Shown one piece after another: positions 47,418 to 58,000 of a stretch of 64,000 bases of DNA. Where the stretch lies: IMG/VR virus record IMGVR_UViG_2775507243_000004, positions 1 through 64,000 of that record. One strand, given 5' to 3'. Below the pieces are notes generated by a model, which saw only the letters and a list, made by a program, of their open reading frames with translations, was not told the origin of the DNA and did not search any database. Source of the DNA: a virus. Taxonomy: Duplodnaviria > Caudoviricetes. The number at the start of each line of letters is the position of its first letter. The first letter of the stretch is position 1. Position numbers and translations under genes: made by a program.

Positions 47418-48409
47418 TGGTTTTCTTTTTGTGGTGAGTGCAGCATGATCTGATCCCACTGGCTTGCTGTGATTTCAGCCAAGGCGGTATTCAAAGGCGT
47501 TTGAGTTTCTTTGGCGTTTTTAAAAATTGCGCTCATGGATGGGTGCTGCCAAAACTGCGGATATCGATCCGCATAGAGGGCAAAGGCCACTTGATCATCG
47601 ATTTGCGGCCAGCCCAATTCCCTAGCCGTTTTAACCCATAGCCGTCCATTTAAAAACATCTGGGCATAGGGGGCTGATCGCGTGGCATACCATTGCGCTA
47701 AAGTACGGTTAATTGCCTCAGCATCGAGGATGGCTTCTGCTTCATGGGGCTTTAATGTCAGCGTTGCCTGGCTGCCCCTAGTGCTTTGTAGATGAGTGAC
47801 TCTGCCGTCAATCGATAATAAATACCAGTTAGCAACAGGCCCAAGCCACAGACTGATGCGCTCTTCACCCAGCAGCGCTAAAAGTAAGGGCAATGTTCTG
47901 GGGTCAGCTGCTCTTAAATAACGCTTACCTGTTTGCCCCTTTATTCTTTGCTGCATCATTCTGGCCAGCCATGCGGCCAACTCTTCACTACTCGCATGGC
48001 TTTGTAGCCAAGCGCATACAGGTAGCCCGCCAAAGCCTCTATCTAGCAGTGCCAGATTATTTTCTAAGGCAATCTGAATAGACTCTGCAAATAAAGGGTC
48101 TTCTTTGCCCTGCAATTGCACTAAATAGGGCAATTGAGCATAAGGCAAAGGCGGCTCGTTAAAAGTCAGCATGGTGATGCTTCGCCCGTCCCACGCTGCT
48201 GTGCGGGAGTCTTGCAGAGTAGGCGTGTTTTCTGGCGGCGCAGCATCTGGCCCGCCATCCAAGGGGCGTGGCTCGCCCAACATGGGATCAATCAGCAGAT
48301 AAAAAGCGCCGTCTTGTTTTGATGATCCAATTTGTGCTGCCAGCTGCATAATATGAGTCGGTTCTATAGCCAGTGGAGGCCATGGGTCAAACAGTGCTGT
48401 GCTTTGCAT
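47414..48409 (-). CDS. DUF4123 T6SS effector adaptor
   Basis: YLLIDP, PYLVQL, RAADPRTL; between vgrG and the effector. Confidence 0.8.
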   Translation of the reverse strand: MQSTALFDPWPPLAIEPTHIMQLAAQIGSSKQDGAFYLLIDPMLGEPRPLDGGPDAAPPENTPTLQDSRTAAWDGRSITMLTFNEPPLPYAQLPYLVQLQGKEDPLFAESIQIALENNLALLDRGFGGLPVCAWLQSHASSEELAAWLARMMQQRIKGQTGKRYLRAADPRTLPLLLALLGEERISLWLGPVANWYLLSIDGRVTHLQSTRGSQATLTLKPHEAEAILDAEAINRTLAQWYATRSAPYAQMFLNGRLWVKTARELGWPQIDDQVAFALYADRYPQFWQHPSMSAIFKNAKETQTPLNTALAEITASQWDQIMLHSPQKENQ

Positions 48410-48426
48410 TAATTTTGGCCTGTGTA

Positions 48427-51072
48427 TCAAAGAACGGCTGCGCCACCCGCAGCGGCATCTTTCATTTTTTGTGAACAATCCTTGGCTTTAACAAAGGGCA
48501 CAAATTGGGGTGTTAAGCTCGCTGGGCCGCTCATATCGTGATTAGCGCCTTTCACCGTGACAGTGCCGGGGCAATGAATCTCGATATTGCCGCCTTTTAG
48601 CCGGATATACCCGCCACCAGCCGTAACTAAAACTTCATCTTTAGCCGAAATACTGAGCAGCCCCTTGCAAGCAGTTACTTTCAGGTCTTTATCACCAGTG
48701 ATTTCGATATCGTCGCTCTGCGCTTGCAACTGGATTTTGCCTTTGGCTGCGATCAGTTTTAAAGCGACTTTGTCTTTTACCCCAGCTACAAACAAGCTGA
48801 TGTTCTGGCGGACGTTGTGAATCCAGCGGCGGCCAGAAGTTTGGTTGGTGTCTCTTTGGGCGACCAGATCTAAGTTGGTGCCTGCGGTAAGAGTTTGGCT
48901 TTGCGGGCTGGTGATAGCCACGCCGTCTTCACCGTGCAGCAGGATAATATTCTGCTGGCCCGCTTGTTTTTCGGACTGGCTTTTACCGTCTTTATCCGTA
49001 TTCGTGCCTGCTTCTAGGCTTTTACTGGCGTGGATATGATGGTGCAAATGGCCTTGGATGTTTTTATCACCCGCGCTATTGTCCGGATTGATTGTTTTAT
49101 TGTCTTCGCCAGTTTCTATGGTGTCTGCAAGCTGGTTGGTCGCTGTTTCACCTAGGCTTTGTGCAAGCGCCAAGGCCGATTCAAGCTGGCTTTGCGCGGG
49201 GCTGTGGTCGAGCTGTTTACCGGATGCACCGCCTTTGGCTTCGGTGCTGATCAGCAAGCCATTGGCGCGGATTGCGCCTTGATTATCTGTGCGTAATTCA
49301 AACCCTTCACCGCGTGGCTCACCTTTGCCGTCGGTGCGCGGATGGATTAAATAGCCAAGATTGAGCTGGGTTTTGCCGTGTTCGCTCGATAGCTTGGTGC
49401 GCACTTCACCCTTAGTATCGTCAAACAGCAGCTCGCCGTATTGGCCACCTTCATGCTCTTTGGTTTTGATGCCGGATAACGTTTTGTTTGCAGGTAAGAC
49501 GCCTGCGCTGCTTAAGGTGGGCACGGAATGGCTTCCGTTATAGACAGCGCCAGTGACTACGGGGCGGTCGATGTCTCCCTCTATAAAGCTGACGGTTACT
49601 TCTTGCCCGATACGCGGGATAAACTGATGCCCCCAGCCTGCGCCTGCCGATGGCGCGGCGACGCGTATCCAGCAGGAGGACTTGTCATCTAGGTTGGCGC
49701 CAAACTCCGGGTGCTCGGCAGCACGCTGCCAGTGAAATTGCACCTTTATCCGCCCTTGCTCGTCGGTATGGACTTCGGAGCCGGCAGGGCCAACCACCGT
49801 GGCAGTTTGCAATCCAAGACTGGTGGGCTTGGTAAATTCTTGCTCACCAAGATGGCTAAGCACAGGCTGGCCGCGTCTTTGGGCGGTGAAATCGGCTTGG
49901 TAAGGCGCGTTACCTTTACCCGAAGTGGCAAGCAGGCTTGGGGCAACTAAGCCAAGTTGCTGGGTTAGATCCACCGGCAAATTATTATTGGCGGTGAATT
50001 GAAGCGCGGTGACGGCAAATTCGCGCTGCTCGGCGCTATCCCATTCGTGGGCGGGGTGATCTTCTAAGCAAAACCATTGCCCGGCTTGCAAGCTACGTAA
50101 TGTGCCGGAGCCGCTAAATGATTTCTTTTGCCCGTCTAAAGCGTCCTGGCGCAGCTTGGCATCGTGGTTGAGCTGGTCTAAATCGCTGGCGTAGTAATGC
50201 GCTTGTGGGTCGTAATATTCGAAGCTGGATTGGATTTGCTGCCCGCCATCGCCTTGATCAACCGTGCTATCGCTTAGGCTATGGCTGGTGCTGCTGGCTT
50301 TGTAATCAAAGCTGGCAAGGGAAACTGAGCTGCTACCAATTTGCCGCTGAGTATTCCATGTGGTGAGCGAATCACTTTCTTCTGTGGCGTCCGAGCGGTG
50401 GAATCTCACCGCACTTTCTGCAGCTTCGGGTAGGGCAAAGGCGTCATCAAATACAATAAGTTGAACCTGAGGCGTGTCTCCGGCCAAATGCTCGAAGCGC
50501 CATACCAAGCCGCTTTCTTTCATTAAGCGGCACAAAAACGCAAAATCGTCTTCTCGGTATTGCAAGCAATAAGAGCGCGGCGGGTATTCGCCTGATAATT
50601 TAAAATCCAGCGTTTGTACCGAAGCAAATACAGGGTTTTTGGCCTGATGCTCGGCCAGTACCTGTTTCACAATATCGGGGGCGGATAAATCCTGAAAAAC
50701 GCGAGAAGTGCGGCGGTATCTGAGCAGCGCAAAAGGTGGCTCTACGGTGATGGAATATTTAGCGAAGCCGCCATCCGAGCCTAAAAGCTGCGCCTGCGAG
50801 ATTACACCACAGCGCTCAATCTCATCGCCATTGGCATCTGCCACAGATAAAACAATCGGCAGGCCAAGCAGCGATTTAAGCTCTAAAGCCCCATCGGGTG
50901 ACAAGCAATCGATCTGATAACGGTAAGCCTGATTAATCCCCTCGCTGCCCGTCACACGCTGAGGTAAAAGCTGCTCGCCCCACGCTGCGCCATCGCCCAA
51001 TTGGAGAGAGATAAGACGCTGCTCTTGACTAAACGCAGAGGCAAAGGAAGCAAGCAGATCACTAAGATTCAT
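48427..51072 (-). CDS. vgrG: T6SS spike VgrG with DUF2345 C-terminus
   Basis: QYREDDFAF, TDEQGRIKVQFHW, PRIGQEV, GFELRTD. Confidence 0.95.
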   Translation of the reverse strand: MNLSDLLASFASAFSQEQRLISLQLGDGAAWGEQLLPQRVTGSEGINQAYRYQIDCLSPDGALELKSLLGLPIVLSVADANGDEIERCGVISQAQLLGSDGGFAKYSITVEPPFALLRYRRTSRVFQDLSAPDIVKQVLAEHQAKNPVFASVQTLDFKLSGEYPPRSYCLQYREDDFAFLCRLMKESGLVWRFEHLAGDTPQVQLIVFDDAFALPEAAESAVRFHRSDATEESDSLTTWNTQRQIGSSSVSLASFDYKASSTSHSLSDSTVDQGDGGQQIQSSFEYYDPQAHYYASDLDQLNHDAKLRQDALDGQKKSFSGSGTLRSLQAGQWFCLEDHPAHEWDSAEQREFAVTALQFTANNNLPVDLTQQLGLVAPSLLATSGKGNAPYQADFTAQRRGQPVLSHLGEQEFTKPTSLGLQTATVVGPAGSEVHTDEQGRIKVQFHWQRAAEHPEFGANLDDKSSCWIRVAAPSAGAGWGHQFIPRIGQEVTVSFIEGDIDRPVVTGAVYNGSHSVPTLSSAGVLPANKTLSGIKTKEHEGGQYGELLFDDTKGEVRTKLSSEHGKTQLNLGYLIHPRTDGKGEPRGEGFELRTDNQGAIRANGLLISTEAKGGASGKQLDHSPAQSQLESALALAQSLGETATNQLADTIETGEDNKTINPDNSAGDKNIQGHLHHHIHASKSLEAGTNTDKDGKSQSEKQAGQQNIILLHGEDGVAITSPQSQTLTAGTNLDLVAQRDTNQTSGRRWIHNVRQNISLFVAGVKDKVALKLIAAKGKIQLQAQSDDIEITGDKDLKVTACKGLLSISAKDEVLVTAGGGYIRLKGGNIEIHCPGTVTVKGANHDMSGPASLTPQFVPFVKAKDCSQKMKDAAAGGAAVL

Positions 51073-51262
51073 AATAAATCAACGAGGTATGGCGACCGCA
51101 AAATATTACACGAAGCTTTAACCTACCTGTTTTATGATTTACCCTGTTTGTGTATATTCACTAATTCATCAGCCAGTCAACGTAAGTAAAATACCGTACG
51201 GACTAAAAACAGGTGTGTAAAGCTTCAAATAAAGTAGAGTAACGGGGCGTTTTTTTAACCAT

Positions 51263-51505
51263 TTATAAAGCCCAATCAATCACCCCATCATGCCTAATCC
51301 GGCAATCATGATAAATGGCAGCCCATTCGGTCATGGTTTGCAGGACATCCCCGGCAGATCCGTCAGTCAGCGGCGGCAGCTCTGAGGGGCAGCGCACCAG
51401 CAGGCTGGCTTGCGGCATGGCCTTTGGCGGCGGCATTGATGAGCAAGCGCCCAGCAGCAGGCAAGCACTCACGGCTATAGATCGTGCTATTGGTTTTAAT
51501 TTCAC
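51263..51505 (-). CDS. Rz1-like o-spanin
   Basis: Lipobox LGAC, YHDCRIRH. Confidence 0.75.
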   Translation of the reverse strand: MKLKPIARSIAVSACLLLGACSSMPPPKAMPQASLLVRCPSELPPLTDGSAGDVLQTMTEWAAIYHDCRIRHDGVIDWAL

Positions 51506-51722
51506 GGATGACTCCTCGGTCGATAATGCGTTCTGTAATTTTCAGCGCGGCCAGGCGCCCTTCTACGGCTGAAGCAATGGCCTCGCTTTTTGCCTGAGTT
51601 TTAACTGCCGCGCTGATGGCGGCTTTTTGAGCGACTAATTCCAGCGCATCCTGCCGCCAGCCATTCACCAGCCAGCCCGCGCCAAAACCCAGCGCGGCAG
51701 CAATGATCGTGGCCCGTATCAT
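51363..51722 (-). CDS. Rz-like i-spanin
   Basis: N-terminal TM (GWLVNGWR); overlaps Rz1. Confidence 0.7.
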   Translation of the reverse strand: MIRATIIAAALGFGAGWLVNGWRQDALELVAQKAAISAAVKTQAKSEAIASAVEGRLAALKITERIIDRGVIREIKTNSTIYSRECLPAAGRLLINAAAKGHAASQPAGALPLRAAAAD

Positions 51723-52186
51723 GAGGTTTGCTCGCACAAAGCCCGCTCTGCAGCGCGGCGGCGAACCAGCCCGGGGAGTTTTTCTCCGCCGGCGTAGACC
51801 CATTTACTCAGCTCTGCACATGCGCCCGCTGTATCGCCGGCATTGAGTTCTTTAAGCAAGCTTGAGCGGCAGAACTTCCCTCCCCCAACATTAAAGGTAA
51901 AAGAGGCAAAAGCACCGCGTTGATTGGCAGTGAGCGGCACGGTGACGCAAGCATCGATCGCTCGGTTGGCCGTCAGCAGATCCGCGATCAGTAAGTCTTT
52001 GCAGGCATCCGAACTTTTCTTTTGCCCCAGCTTGACCTCTGCCCCAGTATGGCCCCAGCAGATGGTTGGAATGCCAACCGGATCCGAGTACGCCGCGGTG
52101 CGCAGCCCTTCAAAGTGCATCACCACCGGCGTGGCCAGCCCGATGGCCGCCGCCACCGCAGCACTGATGATTTTCTTATTCATCAT
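51719..52186 (-). CDS. GH24 lysozyme (SAR-type endolysin)
   Basis: EG...D...TICWGHT, FNVG, GLVRRR; weakly hydrophobic N-terminus. Confidence 0.92.
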   Translation of the reverse strand: MMNKKIISAAVAAAIGLATPVVMHFEGLRTAAYSDPVGIPTICWGHTGAEVKLGQKKSSDACKDLLIADLLTANRAIDACVTVPLTANQRGAFASFTFNVGGGKFCRSSLLKELNAGDTAGACAELSKWVYAGGEKLPGLVRRRAAERALCEQTS

Positions 52187-52391
52187 TCGCTTTCTCCTCT
52201 TTATTTCCACGTTTACGCAGCACGCGCCAGTACTTGAGCGCAAGTAAGCCAATCTGCAATACGAGATAAAGCAAGGTCACCAGCTGGATCAGTTCATCCA
52301 TGCTCCATGAGCCCACCGCCGAAATGCTGAGGGTGAATCCTGTTCTAATGCCGACGCTGCCGATATCGTCTTTCAACATGTTTTGATCCAT
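52176..52391 (-). CDS. Putative holin
   Basis: Small TM protein with charged C-terminus, before the lysozyme. Confidence 0.65.
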   Translation of the reverse strand: MDQNMLKDDIGSVGIRTGFTLSISAVGSWSMDELIQLVTLLYLVLQIGLLALKYWRVLRKRGNKEEKANDE

Positions 52392-52459
52392 AAAAAAACC
52401 CGCTCGAGGCGGGTGTGGTTTCTTCAATAAAAGGGGCTTTATGCGCGTAAACGGCTTTT

Positions 52460-53524
52460 TTATGCGGTGATTGAGACCAGTTTCTTAGCGGGCTTTTTCT
52501 TCTTCGCGGGTTTTCTGGATTTCTTAAGCTGGGCTTTGCTGATCACCAGCTCTAGACTGCTGGACCAGCCATTGGCACTAAAATCATGGGTAATCGTATC
52601 CACTACCCACTGGCCATCTACCCCCAGCTTCACGCCTGACAGGCTGATTTTACGTTCGGCCACGATATCTGCCCTGCCTGCCAGATCCAGCGTTAAGGTG
52701 CCGGTGGAGCGGTTATTTCGCTCTAACGCCCCTTTTGCGCTTGCCCCCGCCCTACCTGTGCTGGGCACAGAATGGCGAGCGGCCCGCACAGGCGCAGAAG
52801 GATTGTCTTTGTCCGGCACAATGATTTCCAGCGTTTTACCGGTCTTTTTGTTATGGCTTTTAACGGCAACGCCGCCCGACTCATTCCGGTCTGAAAGGGT
52901 GTAGCGCCAGCTTTTAATATCGGCCCTGTGTAACACCAGCAGCGGAATCGCTTTGCCACTCACGCTTTTAGTCTGCCCGCCACGCGGAACGACCAGCAGT
53001 TTTCCGGCTTTGACGGAGGCGGTGGCGTCGTACTGTCTCGCAATCCGCGTAATAAAGTGGATATCCGATTCATTCACCTGATCCAGCCGCTCTACCCTGG
53101 CCTTCATCGTGCACACCGGCGTCAGCTTATTACGCTGCGCAATCTCTTTGACCACCTGAGCGAGGGTGACGTTTTCCCATGCATGGCGGCGCACCGCTTT
53201 TACCGTGCCGGATAAATCCGCAGGCCGGCCACGCAGGGTAATTTGTTGTGGCGGGCCGCTGGATTCCACTTCATCAATCCGATAGCTGCCCAGCGTTGTC
53301 AGCCCTGTTTCCTGATAGCCCAACGAAATCTGCAGCCGTGCACCTCGCGCCGGCAATGCCACTGCGCCATCCCGATCATCCAGCGAAATCTCCGCCTCAT
53401 CACTCTCCATCCCCGCTTTATCTGTAATCCGGATACTGAGCAGCCGATCCGACAACAGGGCCGTAATATCACGCCCAGTGGCCTGGCCTGCAGCCGTGGC
53501 TACAATTTTAAAGATGGGTTGCAT
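52460..53524 (-). CDS. Late control gpD
   Basis: DKAGMESD, LDQVNESD. Confidence 0.9.
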   Translation of the reverse strand: MQPIFKIVATAAGQATGRDITALLSDRLLSIRITDKAGMESDEAEISLDDRDGAVALPARGARLQISLGYQETGLTTLGSYRIDEVESSGPPQQITLRGRPADLSGTVKAVRRHAWENVTLAQVVKEIAQRNKLTPVCTMKARVERLDQVNESDIHFITRIARQYDATASVKAGKLLVVPRGGQTKSVSGKAIPLLVLHRADIKSWRYTLSDRNESGGVAVKSHNKKTGKTLEIIVPDKDNPSAPVRAARHSVPSTGRAGASAKGALERNNRSTGTLTLDLAGRADIVAERKISLSGVKLGVDGQWVVDTITHDFSANGWSSSLELVISKAQLKKSRKPAKKKKPAKKLVSITA

Positions 53525-53527
53525 GCT

Positions 53528-53734
53528 CTACTCCCAAAGCGTAATGGTTTCGCGCATCGGCGCAGCTAAATCAGGAAAATGGATCATGACGCCCGAGGGA
53601 TAAGGTTGTTTGATCGCAGCCAGCCCGTGATTGCGGGCCAGCACCGCTTCGACCGTGCCTTTCACATGGCCGTAAACGGCATAGCACAGGCGATCGAGCA
53701 GGTCGCCATCACACGTTCTGATAGTCTTCGCCAT
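53528..53734 (-). CDS. Tail protein X
   Basis: DGDLLDRLC...ITLWE. Confidence 0.85.
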   Translation of the reverse strand: MAKTIRTCDGDLLDRLCYAVYGHVKGTVEAVLARNHGLAAIKQPYPSGVMIHFPDLAAPMRETITLWE

Positions 53735-54539
53735 AGCGTTTAAACTCCATATTAAAAGTCTGTTTACGCGGTGCACCATCGGTAAAGAGAAACTCCTGAT
53801 CCTCTTCAATGTGAGTGATGTACCAGCGTCCAAATGATTGCCCATAGCCCGTTGTCAGCGTGACGGGTTTCAATGCGCTGGCGATCTCACGTAAGGTATC
53901 GAGATGCCCCGTCCCCTGCTGCGCCAAATAGATCACGCCATTAATTTTGATGGTTTCACCGCCTTTAGAAACCGCTTGCTCAGCCGGCGTGCGGGTCAGC
54001 CGCTCTTGTGACTGAATACCGTACTGGCTGGACCGGCTCAGGCGATCAAATGCGGCCTGCCCCAGCGCGAAACGAAAGATCCGGCCTTTTTCAGCGGCGA
54101 TTTCTAATAAAAAGCCTTTGGCAATCGGGGTCTCATCCCGACGAATTCCTTCATCAAATAAAACATCACGCGCACGAATAGCGCCATTAACGCCAGCAGA
54201 ACGCATATCCAGCACGCCCCCCATCGATTTCTTTAAGGCGCCATGGCTCAAATCCAGCCATGCACCGGCTTCACGCAACGCCTGGCTGGTGCTGCGGGTA
54301 ATATCTTGCACAGCGAGCTGAAGCACACCAGCGGAACGACTCACCGCACGGGCATTGGGGCCATCCAGCAGTTCCCCCGCACTGGCAATCAACCCCACCG
54401 CTTTTTGAGTGAGCTCGGCCGCAGTTCTGGTGTCTTTGATTGCCACAGAGATATCCCGCGGCAATATCCGCATATTGGCGACAGCAGCAGACCGGCCAGC
54501 CACTTGGGTGGCAACCTGAAGTAAGGGCATAAAATCCAT
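53709..54539 (-). CDS. gpU-like tail protein with N-terminal extension
   Basis: QERLTR, LTTGYG, PRKQTF. Confidence 0.8.
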   Translation of the reverse strand: MDFMPLLQVATQVAGRSAAVANMRILPRDISVAIKDTRTAAELTQKAVGLIASAGELLDGPNARAVSRSAGVLQLAVQDITRSTSQALREAGAWLDLSHGALKKSMGGVLDMRSAGVNGAIRARDVLFDEGIRRDETPIAKGFLLEIAAEKGRIFRFALGQAAFDRLSRSSQYGIQSQERLTRTPAEQAVSKGGETIKINGVIYLAQQGTGHLDTLREIASALKPVTLTTGYGQSFGRWYITHIEEDQEFLFTDGAPRKQTFNMEFKRYGEDYQNV

Positions 54540-54541
54540 AA

Positions 54542-57500
54542 TCAGCCTATTGGGTCATACATGGCAGAGCGGCTGGCCTGTTGCTGCCAGCCATCAAAAA
54601 TGCGCTTCAAATGCGGGGCGATTTCAGCGGCAATCTGCTGCGGGTTTTTAACATCGCCCTTTACCGTCACCTGAATCGTGGGCTGAAAGGTAAAGACCTG
54701 ACTGGGAATGACTTTAGGTTCAGGCTTCACAACCGGAGGGACAATGACCGGCGGTGCAACAGGTGGCACAGGGACAGTAGGAGCAGGCGGTTTTGCTTCC
54801 TCTTTACCCGCAATCGCCTTACCAATCAGCGCGCCGATTTTTTCACCGCCCAACGCGCCTATGGCCCCGCCCAGCAAGCCACCAATCGCAGTCCCTATAC
54901 CCGGCGCAATCATGGTGCCGATCACGGCCCCCATTTTGGCACCTGCCAGCCCCCCTCCTAATGAGCCTGCAGCCCCGCCATAGCCTTCGCCTTTCTCCGG
55001 CGCTGTCTTGGCGTTTTTGTAAGTGTCATAGGCCGTATAGCCAGCACCGGCTACCGACAAAGCCGCACCGCCCACCTTGCCCAAGACTTTGCTGCCGGTT
55101 TTAAATGCCTGGCCTATCTTGGCTAATTTGCCAACCCGCTCCACGGCAGGCAGAGGCCCCAGCGCAGGTCTTACCCGACCTGCACCGCGCCCACGCCTTC
55201 GGCGTGATCGCTCGCGGCCCCCTCCGGATCGATCGGCGCCTTCCCCTGAAAGATCAAGACCGCCCCCTGTCGGCAGATTTGTGACAAAGACTTCTTGCAC
55301 ACCGCCCGCGTCCCCACCTTGCCCGCCTTCTTCTCCCTGTCCACCCCGTAAGACGCCCACGGCATCATCTAAAAAGCCACCTACCGCCGAACCAATGCCT
55401 GGCGCAATCATTTCGCCAAGGGTGGCGCCAATTTTGAGGCCATCGGGTGGATCACTTGCCTGCGCTTTTTGCTCCCCTGCATGCAGTGCAGCTTCGGGGG
55501 CGTGCTCTCCATTTTTGTAATTGCCATAAGCGGATGCTCCTAAGGTCCCCAGCGCCATGACTGATCCGCCAAAGCGGCTCACCAAACGCCCGCCCGCCTT
55601 AAATGCGCGGCCGATTTTGGCCCGCTTTCCTGTCCGTACGGGCCCTTCTGCTTGCGGTGCATCAGGGCTGGTAGACGATGTGGCGCCACCTACTGACGGC
55701 CTGCGGCTTGATCCGCCCAAAGACCCGCCCGGCCAATTGGTCACAAAGACCTGCTGTACACCGACCTCTGCGTGACCAGCCCCGCCTGCGGCGCTGCCCT
55801 CACTCCCTGCACCGGGCAAACGCAGGCCCATTTTTTCCAGCGACTTACCAACCAGCCAAGTACCCGCACCTGCGGCGACCCGTTTTAGCGCAACCAACCC
55901 CACACCAATGCCAGCCGCTAAGGCAGTCAGTGCAATTGCCGGATTATTTGCCGTGATCGTTGTGCCAAACTTCAACACTTGCGCCGCCGTATCCGCCACA
56001 AAGTCTGTCACCGGGCGAATCGCATCGCCAATCGTCACCATGGCCGCCGTAAATTCACTGGCGACCACATCCCATTTACGGTTTGAGGTTTCATCCCGTT
56101 TGGATTTATCGGTATCGAGTTTTTTAATCCCGTCGGTATTTTGAATTTTGATCAGATCATCTTTAATTTGCTGACCATATTTAATCTGTGCCAGTGCGGC
56201 AGAACGCGCCTGCATATCACTGAGCACTTCCCCCAGCCCTGCCGCCTGCATATAGGCCGAGAGCGCTTCTTCTTCGGCTTTTTTATCTCCGCTGGCGTTT
56301 TTAATCCGGGCTTTGATATCCGCCAGCTTTTTAGCTCGGGTTGCATCGCCACTGGTGGCTAGGTTTTCGGTCAGACGCATAAAGGCCGCGACCGGCCCAT
56401 CGCCATGGGCACGCATGGTGGCTTCCATCGAGCCTTGCAGATCGATCCCTGCATCTGCAAATTTCTTATTGGAATCCGGCGCGATGATTTTAGAGAGTAA
56501 GTTTTTAAAGTTATTGGCCGCGCTGTCGGCATTACCCGTCAGCTTAATCTGCGCTTGCAAGCTGGCAGCGATATAACGCACGGCCTCCGGACCTTGCATC
56601 CCCATGCTGCCCACCGTGGCCAGCAGCTCCGGCATAAACTTGGCCATCTTGTCGGATTCAAAAGCCCCGATGTCACCGGCCACCGCAATCTGGCCCATGA
56701 CTTTTTCCATCTCAGCCTGATTCACGCCGTTTTGCTGTAATGAGTAAATCAGTTGCGCAGCATCGCCGGATTCCATCTTTTGACCGATGGTGAGCTTGCC
56801 CAGCAAATCGCTATAGCCCACCGCTTCACGCCAGTCCATGCCTTGAGTAACAAGCCCATTCACAGAAGCGGCCAGATCACTCTGGGCCATTTTTTGCCGT
56901 TTGGCGGCAGCGCGGATCGCCCCGTCCAGCTCTTTTTCTCCGCCTTGTCCGGCAATGCCGGCTTTTATGGCGATATCACGGATTTCGGCCTGATAGTCGC
57001 CAGCTATTTTGGTCGGAATAGCCGCCGTAGCCAGCCCAAGCCCTGCGATACGGCCCAGCTTCACGCCCGAGTCCATTTGCGTTTTGCCCGCTTCCTGCAA
57101 GGCTAAACCACGGCTGGTGCGGCCCAGGCGAATGTATTCTCGGTCCAGCTTATCAACCGCAACGCCCGCTTGTCTGAGCTGCCCAATATGCGTATCCAGG
57201 CGACGGCGCAGGCCACCATCTGCCACCGCGCGCTGAGAAGTCGCCACGTCCCGCATGCTGGAGCCTAATGCCGTACTGGCTTGCCTTGCGCCACCTAAAG
57301 CTTGCGTCTGCTGCTTTAATTCATTTTTACTGGCATGCAAAGCCGCACGCTTTGCTTCAAACGCTTGCTTGGCCCGTTTTGCTTCTTGCTGGGTTTTTTC
57401 CAGTTCATGGGATAGCTTACTTTCTGCAGCAGTTGCATCTTTACTTGCCGCAATCTGCGCCCTTTTTTCAGCAAGCAGTGCCTTTTGCCCTTTGGCCGCC

Positions 57501-58000
57501 AGCAGTGCGGCCTGGTACTCTGCTTTTAGCGCCAGCACTTCTCCACTTGGGCCGGTTTTATCTTTGCGGGCGTGCAGCCAGGTGTTTTTCTTTGCCTCAG
57601 CTGCCGACTGAGTCAGCTTCAGTGAGCGGCTCAGCGCGGTGTGTTCTGCCTCAAGTACAGATACATCCGCCTTGCCCGCCGTGCCCTTACGCATCGTCGC
57701 CAGCTGTTTCGCCATGCCGCCGACCCGATCGGTCGCGCCTTTCCAGTCTTTTTCAAGGCCGGTGACTTCTGAGCGTAAGGTGCGAACACCATCCAAGCCA
57801 ATCCGGCGTGAGGCGCGATCAGCCTGCTCCATACTGCGCTGCAGGCGCTGGGTCTCTCCCACCAGCGATTGCAAGCCCTTGGTATTGGCGAGCTTTCCCT
57901 GTAAACCCTCGACCGAGCGCTGGGTTTTAGTGATCGCAGAACCAAAGGTCGATGAGACAGCGCCGCCGATCACAATGCCGATGGCCAGATCTCTAGACAT
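54542..58000 (-). CDS. Tape measure protein
   Basis: Long Ala/Gly-rich ORF between the chaperone and gpU. Confidence 0.9.
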   Translation of the reverse strand: MSRDLAIGIVIGGAVSSTFGSAITKTQRSVEGLQGKLANTKGLQSLVGETQRLQRSMEQADRASRRIGLDGVRTLRSEVTGLEKDWKGATDRVGGMAKQLATMRKGTAGKADVSVLEAEHTALSRSLKLTQSAAEAKKNTWLHARKDKTGPSGEVLALKAEYQAALLAAKGQKALLAEKRAQIAASKDATAAESKLSHELEKTQQEAKRAKQAFEAKRAALHASKNELKQQTQALGGARQASTALGSSMRDVATSQRAVADGGLRRRLDTHIGQLRQAGVAVDKLDREYIRLGRTSRGLALQEAGKTQMDSGVKLGRIAGLGLATAAIPTKIAGDYQAEIRDIAIKAGIAGQGGEKELDGAIRAAAKRQKMAQSDLAASVNGLVTQGMDWREAVGYSDLLGKLTIGQKMESGDAAQLIYSLQQNGVNQAEMEKVMGQIAVAGDIGAFESDKMAKFMPELLATVGSMGMQGPEAVRYIAASLQAQIKLTGNADSAANNFKNLLSKIIAPDSNKKFADAGIDLQGSMEATMRAHGDGPVAAFMRLTENLATSGDATRAKKLADIKARIKNASGDKKAEEEALSAYMQAAGLGEVLSDMQARSAALAQIKYGQQIKDDLIKIQNTDGIKKLDTDKSKRDETSNRKWDVVASEFTAAMVTIGDAIRPVTDFVADTAAQVLKFGTTITANNPAIALTALAAGIGVGLVALKRVAAGAGTWLVGKSLEKMGLRLPGAGSEGSAAGGAGHAEVGVQQVFVTNWPGGSLGGSSRRPSVGGATSSTSPDAPQAEGPVRTGKRAKIGRAFKAGGRLVSRFGGSVMALGTLGASAYGNYKNGEHAPEAALHAGEQKAQASDPPDGLKIGATLGEMIAPGIGSAVGGFLDDAVGVLRGGQGEEGGQGGDAGGVQEVFVTNLPTGGGLDLSGEGADRSGGGRERSRRRRGRGAGRVRPALGPLPAVERVGKLAKIGQAFKTGSKVLGKVGGAALSVAGAGYTAYDTYKNAKTAPEKGEGYGGAAGSLGGGLAGAKMGAVIGTMIAPGIGTAIGGLLGGAIGALGGEKIGALIGKAIAGKEEAKPPAPTVPVPPVAPPVIVPPVVKPEPKVIPSQVFTFQPTIQVTVKGDVKNPQQIAAEIAPHLKRIFDGWQQQASRSAMYDPIG

